Of a stretch of DNA of 64,000 bases, positions 54,372-63,635 are shown piece by piece. A model generated the notes under the pieces. It was not told the origin of the DNA and did no database searches. It was given only the letters and a program-made list of their open reading frames with translations. A program made the translations under genes and the position numbers. The DNA lies in the IMG/VR virus record IMGVR_UViG_3300026097_000876, positions 1 to 64,000 of that record. The stretch is one strand, 5' to 3'. The stretch's first letter is position 1, and every line of letters begins with the position of its first letter.

Positions 54372-54410
54372 GATAAAAACTCCTGTAATGTATTTATAAT
54401 AAGTATACAC

Positions 54411-55613
54411 ATGCTAGATATAAAACCGTTTCAAGATATTATAGATCAACTAAAGGGTCAAGGCAACTATCGTGTTTTCAACGACATTGTTAGAGAACGT
54501 GGTAGTTTTCCAGAAGCTATTTGGTATGGTCCATACAATATCAAGAACATAGTTAATTGGTGTTCAAATGATTATCTAGGAATGGGACAACACAAGGTTG
54601 TTATTGACAGTATGTATACAGCCCTTGATCAAACAGGAAGCGGATCAGGCGGCACACGTAACATTGGCGGCACTAGTCATTACCACGTAGCTCTAGAACA
54701 CGAATTAGCAAAGTTACACGCTAAATCAGGTGCTCTATTGTATACCAGTGCCTACGTTGCCAATGAGTGGACACTCATCGCTCTAAGCAAGATCATTCCC
54801 GACATTGTGTTCCTTTCAGACTCAAAGAATCATGCTTCTTTGATACAAGGGATCAAACACAGTGGTGCTGACAAGATGATTTGGCAGCACAATGATATGA
54901 ACGATTTAGAAAAGAAATTACAGGAAGTTTCCGCACAGAACAAAGTCGCCTGCATTGTGTTCGAGTCCGTGTATAGCATGGACGGCGATGTCTCTCCTAT
55001 TTCTTGTGTCTGCGACCTAGCTCAACAATATGGAGCAATGACCTACATTGATGAAGTCCACGCAGTAGGCTTGTACGGGAGTACTGGTGCAGGATATTTA
55101 GAGAAACTGGGTATACAGGATCGGGTAGACATCATCAATGGAACGTTGGGCAAGGCTTTTGGAGTACAAGGCGGCTACATTGCAGGTGAAAGGACTGTCA
55201 TAGACGCAATCCGAAGTGTAGCCAGTGGATTTATATTCACTACCAGTATGAGTCCTGTGATTTGTGCTGGTGCTTTGGCCTCTATAAAGTATCTAAAAGA
55301 TCACAACGAACTAAGAGAGCAACAACAAACGCAGGTACAAAAACTTAAAAACAATTTAATACACGAAGGTATTGAAATACATGCAAGCGCCTGTACTCAT
55401 ATTGTGCCTGTTATGGTACGTGACCCTGTGCGTTGTAAAACTATCAGCGACGAACTATTAAACGAATATGGAATTTATTTACAACCGATTGGCTGGCCTA
55501 CGGTTGCAAAAGGAGAGGAGAGATTGCGCATTGCTCCTACACCCTTTCACACAGACGCTATGATAAGCGATCTAGTAGATGCGCTAGTAAAGGTTTTTAA
55601 AAATGTCAATTAA
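54411..55613 (+). CDS. hemA: 5-aminolevulinate synthase (Shemin/C4 pathway)
   Basis: [39 protein letters not shown] (PLP Lys). Confidence 0.93.
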   Translation: MLDIKPFQDIIDQLKGQGNYRVFNDIVRERGSFPEAIWYGPYNIKNIVNWCSNDYLGMGQHKVVIDSMYTALDQTGSGSGGTRNIGGTSHYHVALEHELAKLHAKSGALLYTSAYVANEWTLIALSKIIPDIVFLSDSKNHASLIQGIKHSGADKMIWQHNDMNDLEKKLQEVSAQNKVACIVFESVYSMDGDVSPISCVCDLAQQYGAMTYIDEVHAVGLYGSTGAGYLEKLGIQDRVDIINGTLGKAFGVQGGYIAGERTVIDAIRSVASGFIFTTSMSPVICAGALASIKYLKDHNELREQQQTQVQKLKNNLIHEGIEIHASACTHIVPVMVRDPVRCKTISDELLNEYGIYLQPIGWPTVAKGEERLRIAPTPFHTDAMISDLVDALVKVFKNVN

Positions 55614-56019
55614 AAAAATGTTATGGTATGTATTGGGCATGGGCTCGTTAGGTATGGCCTATGTAGGATTTGTAGTTCCAGGCATACCATTTTCGATCTT
55701 CCTTGTGTTTGCAGCCTATTGTTTTGCAAAGTCGAGCAAGAAGATGCACGATTGGATATACAATCACAAACACTTTGGTCCGTTCCTTACTAATTGGACA
55801 GAGAAGAAAGTATTTCCTACCAAGATGAAATACATGATGGTTGCTGTAATGAGTTCAAGTGCAGCCTTCCTATGGTTTAGCACCGGCAATATCAAAGCAA
55901 CACTGTGGAGCGCAGGCTTTATGGCGCTGGTCGCTCTATGGGCTTGGAAATTTCCCGGAAGTGTTGCTGAATATGAAAAGCGCAAGAAACTAGGCAAGCG
56001 CATCGGTTGGATACGCTAG
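55603..56019 (+). CDS. ybaN: YbaN/DUF454 membrane protein
   Basis: [24 protein letters not shown]...HKHFGP. Confidence 0.85.
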   Translation: MSIKKMLWYVLGMGSLGMAYVGFVVPGIPFSIFLVFAAYCFAKSSKKMHDWIYNHKHFGPFLTNWTEKKVFPTKMKYMMVAVMSSSAAFLWFSTGNIKATLWSAGFMALVALWAWKFPGSVAEYEKRKKLGKRIGWIR

Positions 56020-56525
56020 AGGTAAGCTGTCCAGCTAGGATGTGCTATCTGCATAGACAACTGTTTGCGTTTGTTTACTAGATCATAGTAGTCAGGCGCA
56101 TAAGGAGCACGTCTTGGTTTCATATTGGTTTTGTTGCCTTTGCGACTGTTGCACGGTCCGCATGCCGCTACAATATTAGTCCACGACGTCTTGCCGCCTT
56201 TGCTTACAGGAGTCACGTGATCAAGTGTTAGATTACTCCTACCATAGGGTGTCCCGCAATACTGACAGGTATATATATCACGTATAAAAAGATTTTGTTT
56301 AGAAAAACGTGGCCTTGCACGGCGCTTCATCATTTCTTTAAGCATGATTACCGCTGGTACACGAGTCTCCCAGGATGGTGAACTTACTATCCAATCGTCA
56401 TACCATTCAAGCACAGTGCACTTGTCTAACCACATATAGGTGACCGCTTCCTTCCACTGTACAGCACTTAGCGGAAGATACGATACTGGTTGGGCATCAG
56501 CGTTCAAAACTAAAACGTCAGACAC
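56016..56525 (-). CDS. HNH endonuclease
   Basis: RDIYTCQYCG, TLDHVTPVSKGG, NIVAACGPCNSRKG. Confidence 0.9.
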   Translation of the reverse strand: MSDVLVLNADAQPVSYLPLSAVQWKEAVTYMWLDKCTVLEWYDDWIVSSPSWETRVPAVIMLKEMMKRRARPRFSKQNLFIRDIYTCQYCGTPYGRSNLTLDHVTPVSKGGKTSWTNIVAACGPCNSRKGNKTNMKPRRAPYAPDYYDLVNKRKQLSMQIAHPSWTAYL

Positions 56526-56614
56526 TTTTTACTTCTCCAATGTGTCAAAAACTCTTGTTTACTAGTATATTTATAGATTTTTTTGACTGTTAATAATATT
56601 GTAATACTTTACAG

Positions 56615-57181
56615 TCACACCACAGTGTTGTCAATTAACAACTGATCCATCATTTGATCACTGGCCAACTGAATACCCATCTTCCACTGATCTTCTTCAT
56701 CTTCGTTGTAAAAAATTTCGTGATTGGGCTCTACCAACAACCAAGCCTTGTGTTGATACAGTTCTTCCTGAAGCTGTTTGACTCCCCAAGTGCTCATTCC
56801 GGCTATCAGTCTCCAACAGGCAGGTAAGTTGCCATCTACCATCTTGTCCAGCATTAGTTCGTCTGAACTAATACAATTGCCGTGGGTCACAGGAATAGTG
56901 TTTGTGCTGTTCCATTCATCAGTGTGCAGGAGTATTAGGCTCTGTTCACCCACTGGACCGCCTCTGTACACACTGCCAGTGGCACCTGTGTTGTAGATGC
57001 CACGTAGGCCCTGAAGCCTGTCAATGGTGAGATAACTGGGCTTGTTGAGAATCAATCCAAACACTATGAGATCTGTTTGTTCATAAAGATAAACCACAGT
57101 CTGTGCAAAAGTTGGATCTCGCATGGTGCCAGGGCGAGCAATTAATAGCTTGCCTTTGAACTTGGTTTCAACCTTGGTCAT
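56615..57181 (-). CDS. YqgE/AlgH (DUF179) family protein
   Basis: GKLLIARP..RDPTFAQTVVYL, GLILNKP, VYRGGPV, QLQEEL...AWL. Confidence 0.85.
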   Translation of the reverse strand: MTKVETKFKGKLLIARPGTMRDPTFAQTVVYLYEQTDLIVFGLILNKPSYLTIDRLQGLRGIYNTGATGSVYRGGPVGEQSLILLHTDEWNSTNTIPVTHGNCISSDELMLDKMVDGNLPACWRLIAGMSTWGVKQLQEELYQHKAWLLVEPNHEIFYNEDEEDQWKMGIQLASDQMMDQLLIDNTVV

Positions 57182-57426
57182 TAGCTGTAGTCCGGAAGAG
57201 GTCCACCATAGGGTTTACCTTTGATGTGTTTGCCTCCCACAGATACTCTGCGTTTGCCGATCTTGTGGCTCTTTTTGCCCGAACGCTTGCGCAGGCCTTG
57301 ACTTCTACAACTGGCCAAAGCACTAGCACCTAGTTTTGAATTAGGTTTACTGCTCTTGCACAGTTTTTTAGAAGCCTGCCATTCTTCAAGATCATCTGCC
57401 GAGGTTAAAAGTTCATCTATTCGCAT
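57181..57426 (-). CDS. Small basic late protein
   Basis: MRIDELL N-terminus; ATAAATA promoter; Lys/Arg-rich with two Cys. Confidence 0.65.
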   Translation of the reverse strand: MRIDELLTSADDLEEWQASKKLCKSSKPNSKLGASALASCRSQGLRKRSGKKSHKIGKRRVSVGGKHIKGKPYGGPLPDYS

Positions 57427-57427
57427 A

Positions 57428-57646
57428 CTAACGATATTTATCCGCGGCACAGCTTTGATCACTGTGAACAGGTCGAGGACTAAGACTGAACGTAAGCGCA
57501 CTGCGTGTGCCTTCCGTCGTACCGATCACAATTTCGCCTGACTTTTCAAAGAATTCAATCTTGGTGATTTTGGCTGGCTTCTTTGATTTGCCCACAAGAA
57601 TTTCTTGTCCTAATTCTAAACTTACGTCAATTGCTCTTAGTGTCAT
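57428..57646 (-). CDS. Hypothetical protein
   Basis: GGAGAG RBS. Confidence 0.55.
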   Translation of the reverse strand: MTLRAIDVSLELGQEILVGKSKKPAKITKIEFFEKSGEIVIGTTEGTRSALTFSLSPRPVHSDQSCAADKYR

Positions 57647-57710
57647 AGTATTCTCTCCTGTATAAAGTGAACTAGTTCACACAAGTATTTAACTCTGTGC
57701 GTGTCAACGG

Positions 57711-59004
57711 TTGGTAAATATTAGTATGAGATATCAATTACTAGACGACCAAATAGGAAATTTTTTGATTGTGGACACCTGGAAACAACAGGTGATAGGC
57801 AAAGGAACCAAACTGAAGGTGAGTGCTCGCATGTGTCAAAAGCTCAATCGCAGGTTGGGCCACGACAGAGCACGTGAACAATTTTGCCAATACTGGTTGA
57901 CAACTTGATCAATCACGTGTAGTATTAACAGTGTAGAAATTAGAACAGGCACTGACTATGATCAAAATACTAGCGTTAGCCATCACACTCACAGGCTGTG
58001 CAAACACAGCTGAATGGGCGCGAGGCACTAGCTCACACGATCCTCACACAGGTGATTGGATCTTTATTCAGAATGAGCCATTAGCAGCTCAACGACAGGC
58101 TTATCGCGAACAAGGTTGGCGTTGGGGCGATGAAAAACCACCACAGTACTAGGAACACACATGCAGATACAAGATCTAACACCAGGCAACAGCTATGCTT
58201 GCCGCTTTCGAACACAAACCACCTTGGACGATCAAGGACAACCCGCTCCCAATCTCCGCAGGCCCACACAAGGCACAGGTGAATACACAGGCTTGGGTGT
58301 GATCATGCAGAGAGACACAGCACAACAGTTGGTTAGGTTAAGAGATGTAGCCAGCGACGAAGTTTTTGTGGTTGCATGGCAAGACTGTTGGGACGTGGAC
58401 ACTGTGGAATGGAAGGAGCCGTTTGATGCGGGAACTGATTGAATTTTTAGAAGATCTCCACAGCCTGCCACACAGCGAAGCACTGGAAGATCTCATAAAC
58501 AAATATACACAACAACTGGAACACATGGAGACAGCATATGAACAAGAGTTTTTTGCGAGCACATCCCCTCACGACCACACTGAGTGATCAAGACCGTGAG
58601 CGCATAATTCAAAAGCTGCGCACGGACACCGTCCCCACCACAGAAGAATTGGCTGTGTTGGAAGACCTCGTGTTTGACGGTATAGCAGAAAAACTCAGCA
58701 CCCATCCTCCCGCGGACGAGCTACAATGAGCAAGTACACACTGGACGATGACACACGAGAGCTGTTAGAGATCATACTCAACTGGAGTGCACACTACACC
58801 GAACTTCAAGCACACGAAGAAACACAACAGGACATGGCCGCACTGATCCAAGAAACAGCACAAGCATTTGGCATTCCCTACAAAACTGTGCATGTGGAAG
58901 AAATAGAAAACCCAGACGGCACTGTAAAACTGGACGTGACTATCTCTGACAGCGACACAGAGGAAGAAGATTTCCCAGATCCCCCAGAGGATACCCTACA
59001 CTAG
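57711..59004 (+). CDS. Run of small plus-strand ORFs (57711-57908, 57958-58152 lipoprotein, 58161-58442, ~58429-58587, 58538-58729, 58726-59004)
   Basis: TTGACA/TAGTAT promoter at ~57898-57926; overlapping junctions; LTGC lipobox. Confidence 0.55.
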
Positions 59005-59071
59005 TCTTTTGTACAACTGTTAACAAAACTTAAAATATAAATACGTTTAATAAAGTTTAGGAGAGTGCAAA

Positions 59072-60382
59072 ATGGCCTACGGTGGTGTAAAAGGATCTGC
59101 TAATCTACAATCAGATGTTGTTAAAACAGTTGGACAAGTTTTTGCCCTTGGGTCTGCTGTTGTCGAAGTAAGCGTATGCAATAGAAACAGTGACACAACT
59201 GCTCGTATAAAAATGGCGGTTACAAACGCTACAGATCAATTTGACGACGATGCACATTTCATAGAATACGATGCAGAGCTAGGCCCTAGAGGAGTTCTGC
59301 AAAGAACAGGAATTAATATATCTGAAGAACAGTATGTGACTGTGTCAAGTGACACAGACAATGTAACGGCAATGGTATATGGGTTTGAACACGGAGTAGC
59401 AGGTGAGCCTACATATAATACCTTTGCGCTGGATGCAGACAGTTACGACGAAGGCGATACTGTAACAGTAAGCCTAACAACATCCAAGATAGCACCAGGT
59501 ACCACAGTGACCTACAACATAACCGCACCAGACGCAGCTGATGCTTCCGTTACAAGTGGAACTATCACAGTGGGTACGGATCGTGCAGGTTCGGACTCAT
59601 TTACACTAACAAACGACAACACCACCGAAGGCTCAGAAACACTTACGGTTAGACTAGCTTCTACAGACAGTGCCGGTAATGCCACAGGATCTCTGTCGGA
59701 TTCAGCAACTATCAATGATACTAGTTTAGATCCAAGCTATGATACATTCGAGTTAGATGAGACTAGTTACGACGAAGGGGATACTGTAACAGTTGATCTA
59801 ACAACAACTAGTATAGCAGAAAACACAACAGTAACCTATGATATAACCGGAGTCCAATCAAACGATGTAAGCAAGACAAGTGGTACTATTACAATAGGTG
59901 CTGACGGCACAGGCACAGATACATTTACAACTACTACCGGCGGCGGATTAGAAGGCACAGAAACAATCACAGTTACATTAAGAGCTACGGATTCTAGTGG
60001 CAATGCTACAGGATCACTATCTGATTCAGCAACACTTGTTGAACCAGTAACTGCTAGTGTTACAGCAGATAGTGATACTGTTACCGCGGGCAATAGTCTA
60101 GACTTTAGAATAAATCCCAACAACTATCCAACTGGATATCAAGCCACATACAGAGTAGTAAATGGAACCACTAACAGCTCGGACTTCAGTGGCGGCAGTG
60201 GTTTCTATAATACTGGAACTCAATCTGGCATATTCAACACAGGCTTCGGTGGATCTCTCGACATAACAATTAACATAGCAGATGACGCAGATGCTACTAA
60301 CGAAACATTCCAAGTAGAAGTGTTAAAACCAGACAACACTCGTGCAGGTATATCTGGCATAGTTACTATCGTACCATCATAA
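59072..60382 (+). CDS. Virion protein with tandem Ig-like/Calx-beta-like domains
   Basis: TATAAATA late promoter at ~59035; two ~107-aa repeats SYDEGDTVTV...GSLSDSAT. Confidence 0.7.
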   Translation: MAYGGVKGSANLQSDVVKTVGQVFALGSAVVEVSVCNRNSDTTARIKMAVTNATDQFDDDAHFIEYDAELGPRGVLQRTGINISEEQYVTVSSDTDNVTAMVYGFEHGVAGEPTYNTFALDADSYDEGDTVTVSLTTSKIAPGTTVTYNITAPDAADASVTSGTITVGTDRAGSDSFTLTNDNTTEGSETLTVRLASTDSAGNATGSLSDSATINDTSLDPSYDTFELDETSYDEGDTVTVDLTTTSIAENTTVTYDITGVQSNDVSKTSGTITIGADGTGTDTFTTTTGGGLEGTETITVTLRATDSSGNATGSLSDSATLVEPVTASVTADSDTVTAGNSLDFRINPNNYPTGYQATYRVVNGTTNSSDFSGGSGFYNTGTQSGIFNTGFGGSLDITINIADDADATNETFQVEVLKPDNTRAGISGIVTIVPS

Positions 60383-60439
60383 CAGTCCAACAAGCGCGAA
60401 GCGTCCAAAAAAAATTTCACACTCAGTGTAAATATCTAT

Positions 60440-60661
60440 ATGTACATAGAGTTCACACAAGTTAAAAACGCTGGCTTTCATCGACACACACTGCGCAATG
60501 ATATCTTCGACAAGCTGACTAGCATACATACTCCCTATAGTGTAGACAGTGACATTCCTGATGAGCTGGTTGTGTACATGGCAGATCGATACTATACTAT
60601 ATTCTGTATACAATGGAATCCCCACAGTAAGATCTACTATGCATACACAGCACACAAGTAA
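60440..60661 (+). CDS. Small hypothetical protein
   Basis: 73-aa ORF after a GTAAATA motif. Confidence 0.4.
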   Translation: MYIEFTQVKNAGFHRHTLRNDIFDKLTSIHTPYSVDSDIPDELVVYMADRYYTIFCIQWNPHSKIYYAYTAHK

Positions 60662-60664
60662 GAG

Positions 60665-60949
60665 CGCATATACAAAGGCCCCGCACAAGAGAGCTTTATA
60701 TATACTCGCAAGCTCGCATATACAAAGGCCCCGCTGCTAGCTATACACAAAACAAAATTTCCTTGAGGCCCCGCTGCTAGTATCACGGTATCACACACAC
60801 TCTATACAGTGTAGATGCTTGCCGTAGAAAGACTGTGTGTCTAGGTTGATTTTATAGTGTGACTAGGTTGAATCTAGCGTGGGAAGAACCGTAAAAAGCG
60901 TTTGAAAGAAAGGTAAAAAGTATTTGAGAGAAAGGTAAAAAGTATTTGA
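60665..60949. repeat. Direct repeats: CGCATATACAAAGGCCCCGC x2, AGGCCCCGCTGCTAG x2, GAAAGGTAAAAAGTATTTGA x2
   Basis: Positions 60665/60715, 60726/60766, 60908/60930. Confidence 0.85.
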
Positions 60950-61355
60950 ACTATGCCTCTCGTCACCACGGTCAAGAAATTTTTTTTTGGCTATAGATCG
61001 TGCCAGAACCGTAATGCGAATAATTCTTATTTAACATTAGGCCTACAGTATTGGCACCGTAAACCCACCATTAAACTGTCTGAGAACTCGGCCTCTGTGG
61101 GGATAGATCTCTTACTAGCTATACAGTATACAGAGTGTGTGTATAGTATAGTGTAGCATGTTATACAATGTGACCGTTAGCGTAGTGTACGGTGTGTAGT
61201 GTATGGTATAGTGTGTATAGCTACTATAGTGCATAGTGACTTATTGCATACTGTGTGTTTGGCTGTGTGATCTAAATGCGAATTATTTGCATTTAGGCCT
61301 CTGCACTTTTTGTGTATAACTTGTGTATAAGTGTGTGCGAGAATATTGTGTGTAA

Positions 61356-61712
61356 AATCAAACACTTAGCAAATCTTGTGTAAAATCAAGCACTTAGCTC
61401 TGTGCATAAGTCCGCCGTTCGCCGCCTCGTTTGCGTTCGTCCCGTGTAAGTTATTGTTTTTGTTGAGGATTTTGTGTTCGTTTTGTTCTTTCTAAACAAG
61501 CACTTATGTGTTGTGGATAAGCTGTGGATAACTTTTGCGAGGGGTGCGCATAATGTGTATTATGTTAAATGAGAATTGGATGAGGAACGTGCGCTAAGTG
61601 TTTGATATTGTTGAGGTGGGGCCGTGCGCATTTAACATAATACCGGCCGTGTGCGCATATAATATATTATGTTAAATGAAGGTGGGGCGACTTGTGGACA
61701 AGCTGTGGATAA
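61356..61712. promoter_or_regulatory. Cluster of DnaA boxes and IHF consensus sites
   Basis: TGTGGATAA at 61512, 61523 and 61704, TGTGGACAA at 61693; WATCAANNNNTTR at 61356, 61384 and 61595 (minus strand). Confidence 0.75.
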
Positions 61713-61782
61713 CTTTCGGTTCGCGCACCCTCCCTCCTTGTACTCCGGTCTCTTCGTTCCCGCTTGTATGTTTTGTGCCTTT

Positions 61783-61828
61783 GCCCTAACTGTTATATAC
61801 AGTATACGGCCTCGCCGCCAAAAAGTCA
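61783..61828 (-). promoter_or_regulatory. Leftward sigma70 promoter pointing into the DnaA-box cluster
   Basis: TTGACT-17-TATACT-GTATATAACAGTTAGG; no convincing downstream ORF. Confidence 0.7.
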
Positions 61829-62002
61829 ACCTTCTGAGGTCTTGTAAGTCATTGTTTCGTAAGGGAAAAATAAATTAAAAAAAGTTTTTTTCCTCTGTGT
61901 TTTCAATAGCTTACAAAAAAAATAATGCTTGCTTTTTTGCGCAAACGAGGCTATACTGCTTATACAGTAAAAAATTAACTTAAACTATATAGAGGGCTAT
62001 AT

Positions 62003-62368
62003 ATGCAAAACTTTACACAAGCAGCACTTGCAGACGTGCAAGCACTAGTTAACACTTACGCTAATATTGCGGGCGATTACGAAGCAACGCTGTTATGCGG
62101 CGTATGGCACTACATGTGCGACAGCGGCATATACACAGACGCATTTAGCGAAGCAGATGCGGAGTATGTAGAAGCGCACTACGACAACAATGTGCAATAC
62201 TACAACGACGACGATTGCGGCTACACAGACGCATTTTATGCTGTAATATTTGACGACGATAAATTGCAATGCAATGCAGTGTTACAAGCACAAGATGCAA
62301 TTGCAAACAAGCATAATTTGCATAACGAAGATGTTGCACGTATGTGTATGCAACTAGAAGCAAGTTAA
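62003..62368 (+). CDS. Acidic early protein
   Basis: TTGCTT/TATACT promoter, AGAGGG RBS; 21 D/E versus 3 K/R. Confidence 0.75.
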   Translation: MQNFTQAALADVQALVNTYANIAGDYEATLLCGVWHYMCDSGIYTDAFSEADAEYVEAHYDNNVQYYNDDDCGYTDAFYAVIFDDDKLQCNAVLQAQDAIANKHNLHNEDVARMCMQLEAS

Positions 62369-62448
62369 TTGTAAAAAACACTTGACAGCAGCATGCTTTT
62401 GTAGTATGCTGCTGCATATACACTAAAAAATTGCAAAGAGGGCAAACT

Positions 62449-62901
62449 ATGCAATACAACAAGATTTTTACAAACTGCGCTGTAGTAAGCGACGAGAATT
62501 TTGACTTGCTTACAGCAGAACAGCTAGAAGCATTTACACAAGCGGAACGTGCTTTTGTGCTTGTGTTTTTAGCAGACACACTTGCAAACTTGACACAGGT
62601 TAACGCAGACTGTGCAGTAGAAAACGACAACTACTTTGTGCGACTAGCGGATGCGCAGGAGGTTATGCAAAATTTGCAAATGCTGTACGACACACTAGAC
62701 GACAGCGACGACTGTACAAATATACAGTTTACGCTAGCGGATGCGGGTGCTGCGCTGTGTAGTTACGACACAGAATACAGGGAATGCATAGCGGAGCAAT
62801 TTGAAGACGCATGCGACAACGCTGCTAAACTTGCAAAGCAAACTGGCAACACAAACGCAGACTACAGCACACTTGCTGTGCGTGTGCTGTGTAGTTATTA
62901 A
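62449..62901 (+). CDS. Acidic early protein
   Basis: TTGACA/TATGCT promoter 62382-62410, AGAGGG RBS; 26 D/E versus 7 K/R. Confidence 0.75.
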   Translation: MQYNKIFTNCAVVSDENFDLLTAEQLEAFTQAERAFVLVFLADTLANLTQVNADCAVENDNYFVRLADAQEVMQNLQMLYDTLDDSDDCTNIQFTLADAGAALCSYDTEYRECIAEQFEDACDNAAKLAKQTGNTNADYSTLAVRVLCSY

Positions 62902-62973
62902 AAAGGGGTTGACAAATGTGTTTATGTGTGCTACTATGTACACATAAACAATTAATTGCAAAGAGGGCACGCT

Positions 62974-63177
62974 ATGCAAAAACTAAACGAAAAAGCACTA
63001 CAGCAGTGGAACGCAACACGGCGTTTTATGCGTACACTAGACGAAGCGCAGCTGCATTTATTAATAGCGGCGCTAGACGGCGACAACAAGTTGCAAGTTA
63101 CGCAAACGCTAGTAGACAGCGCATATGACGCAATAGACGACAACATGCGCAAACAATATGCACAACACTTAAAATAG
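62974..63177 (+). CDS. Small early protein
   Basis: TTGACA/TACTAT promoter 62909-62937, AGAGGG RBS. Confidence 0.75.
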   Translation: MQKLNEKALQQWNATRRFMRTLDEAQLHLLIAALDGDNKLQVTQTLVDSAYDAIDDNMRKQYAQHLK

Positions 63178-63241
63178 GGGTTGACAACTGTGCATATTGT
63201 GTTATACTGTATGCACAGTTAAACAATATAGAGGGCACTAT

Positions 63242-63502
63242 ATGCAAAACACTACATACTATCCTGCCGCAGTCGCAAACGTTATAACACATTACGCACA
63301 AGCAATTGCACGTGCTAGTTATGACAGCGTAGTGGAAGCAGGCGACTACAGCATAACAGACAACTGTGCAAAAATACAGTACCTGTTGTCTGCTAGTGCG
63401 CAACACACCTCAGTTAAAAGTCTAGCAGTTGCCGCACTAAACAGCGCAGAGGATACAGTGCTGCGCGAATGCATGTACACACAATTAATGCAACACGCAT
63501 AA
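63242..63502 (+). CDS. Small early protein
   Basis: TTGACA/TG-TATACT promoter 63181-63208, AGAGGG RBS. Confidence 0.75.
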   Translation: MQNTTYYPAAVANVITHYAQAIARASYDSVVEAGDYSITDNCAKIQYLLSASAQHTSVKSLAVAALNSAEDTVLRECMYTQLMQHA

Positions 63503-63635
63503 TCTAAATAAGAATCATTTGCATTTAGGAGGCTGTAAATAATTACAGTCTTCTTTTTGCAAATTAGGGGTTGACAGGCGCAACCTTTGAGACTATACTG
63601 TATAAACAATGAAGCATTAGAGAGAGGGTTTTGAA

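Noticed and set aside
60908-60949. Mini-CRISPR from short direct repeats
   Set aside because: Only two adjacent copies with a 2-nt gap; no spacer
61177-61878. Short ORFs at 61177-61365, 61632-61829 and 61669-61878
   Set aside because: No RBS; they run through DnaA/IHF repeats and give low-complexity translations
62145-63609. Minus-strand ORFs over the early cassette
   Set aside because: Promoters and RBSs all point to the plus strand; Cys/Val-rich shadow frames
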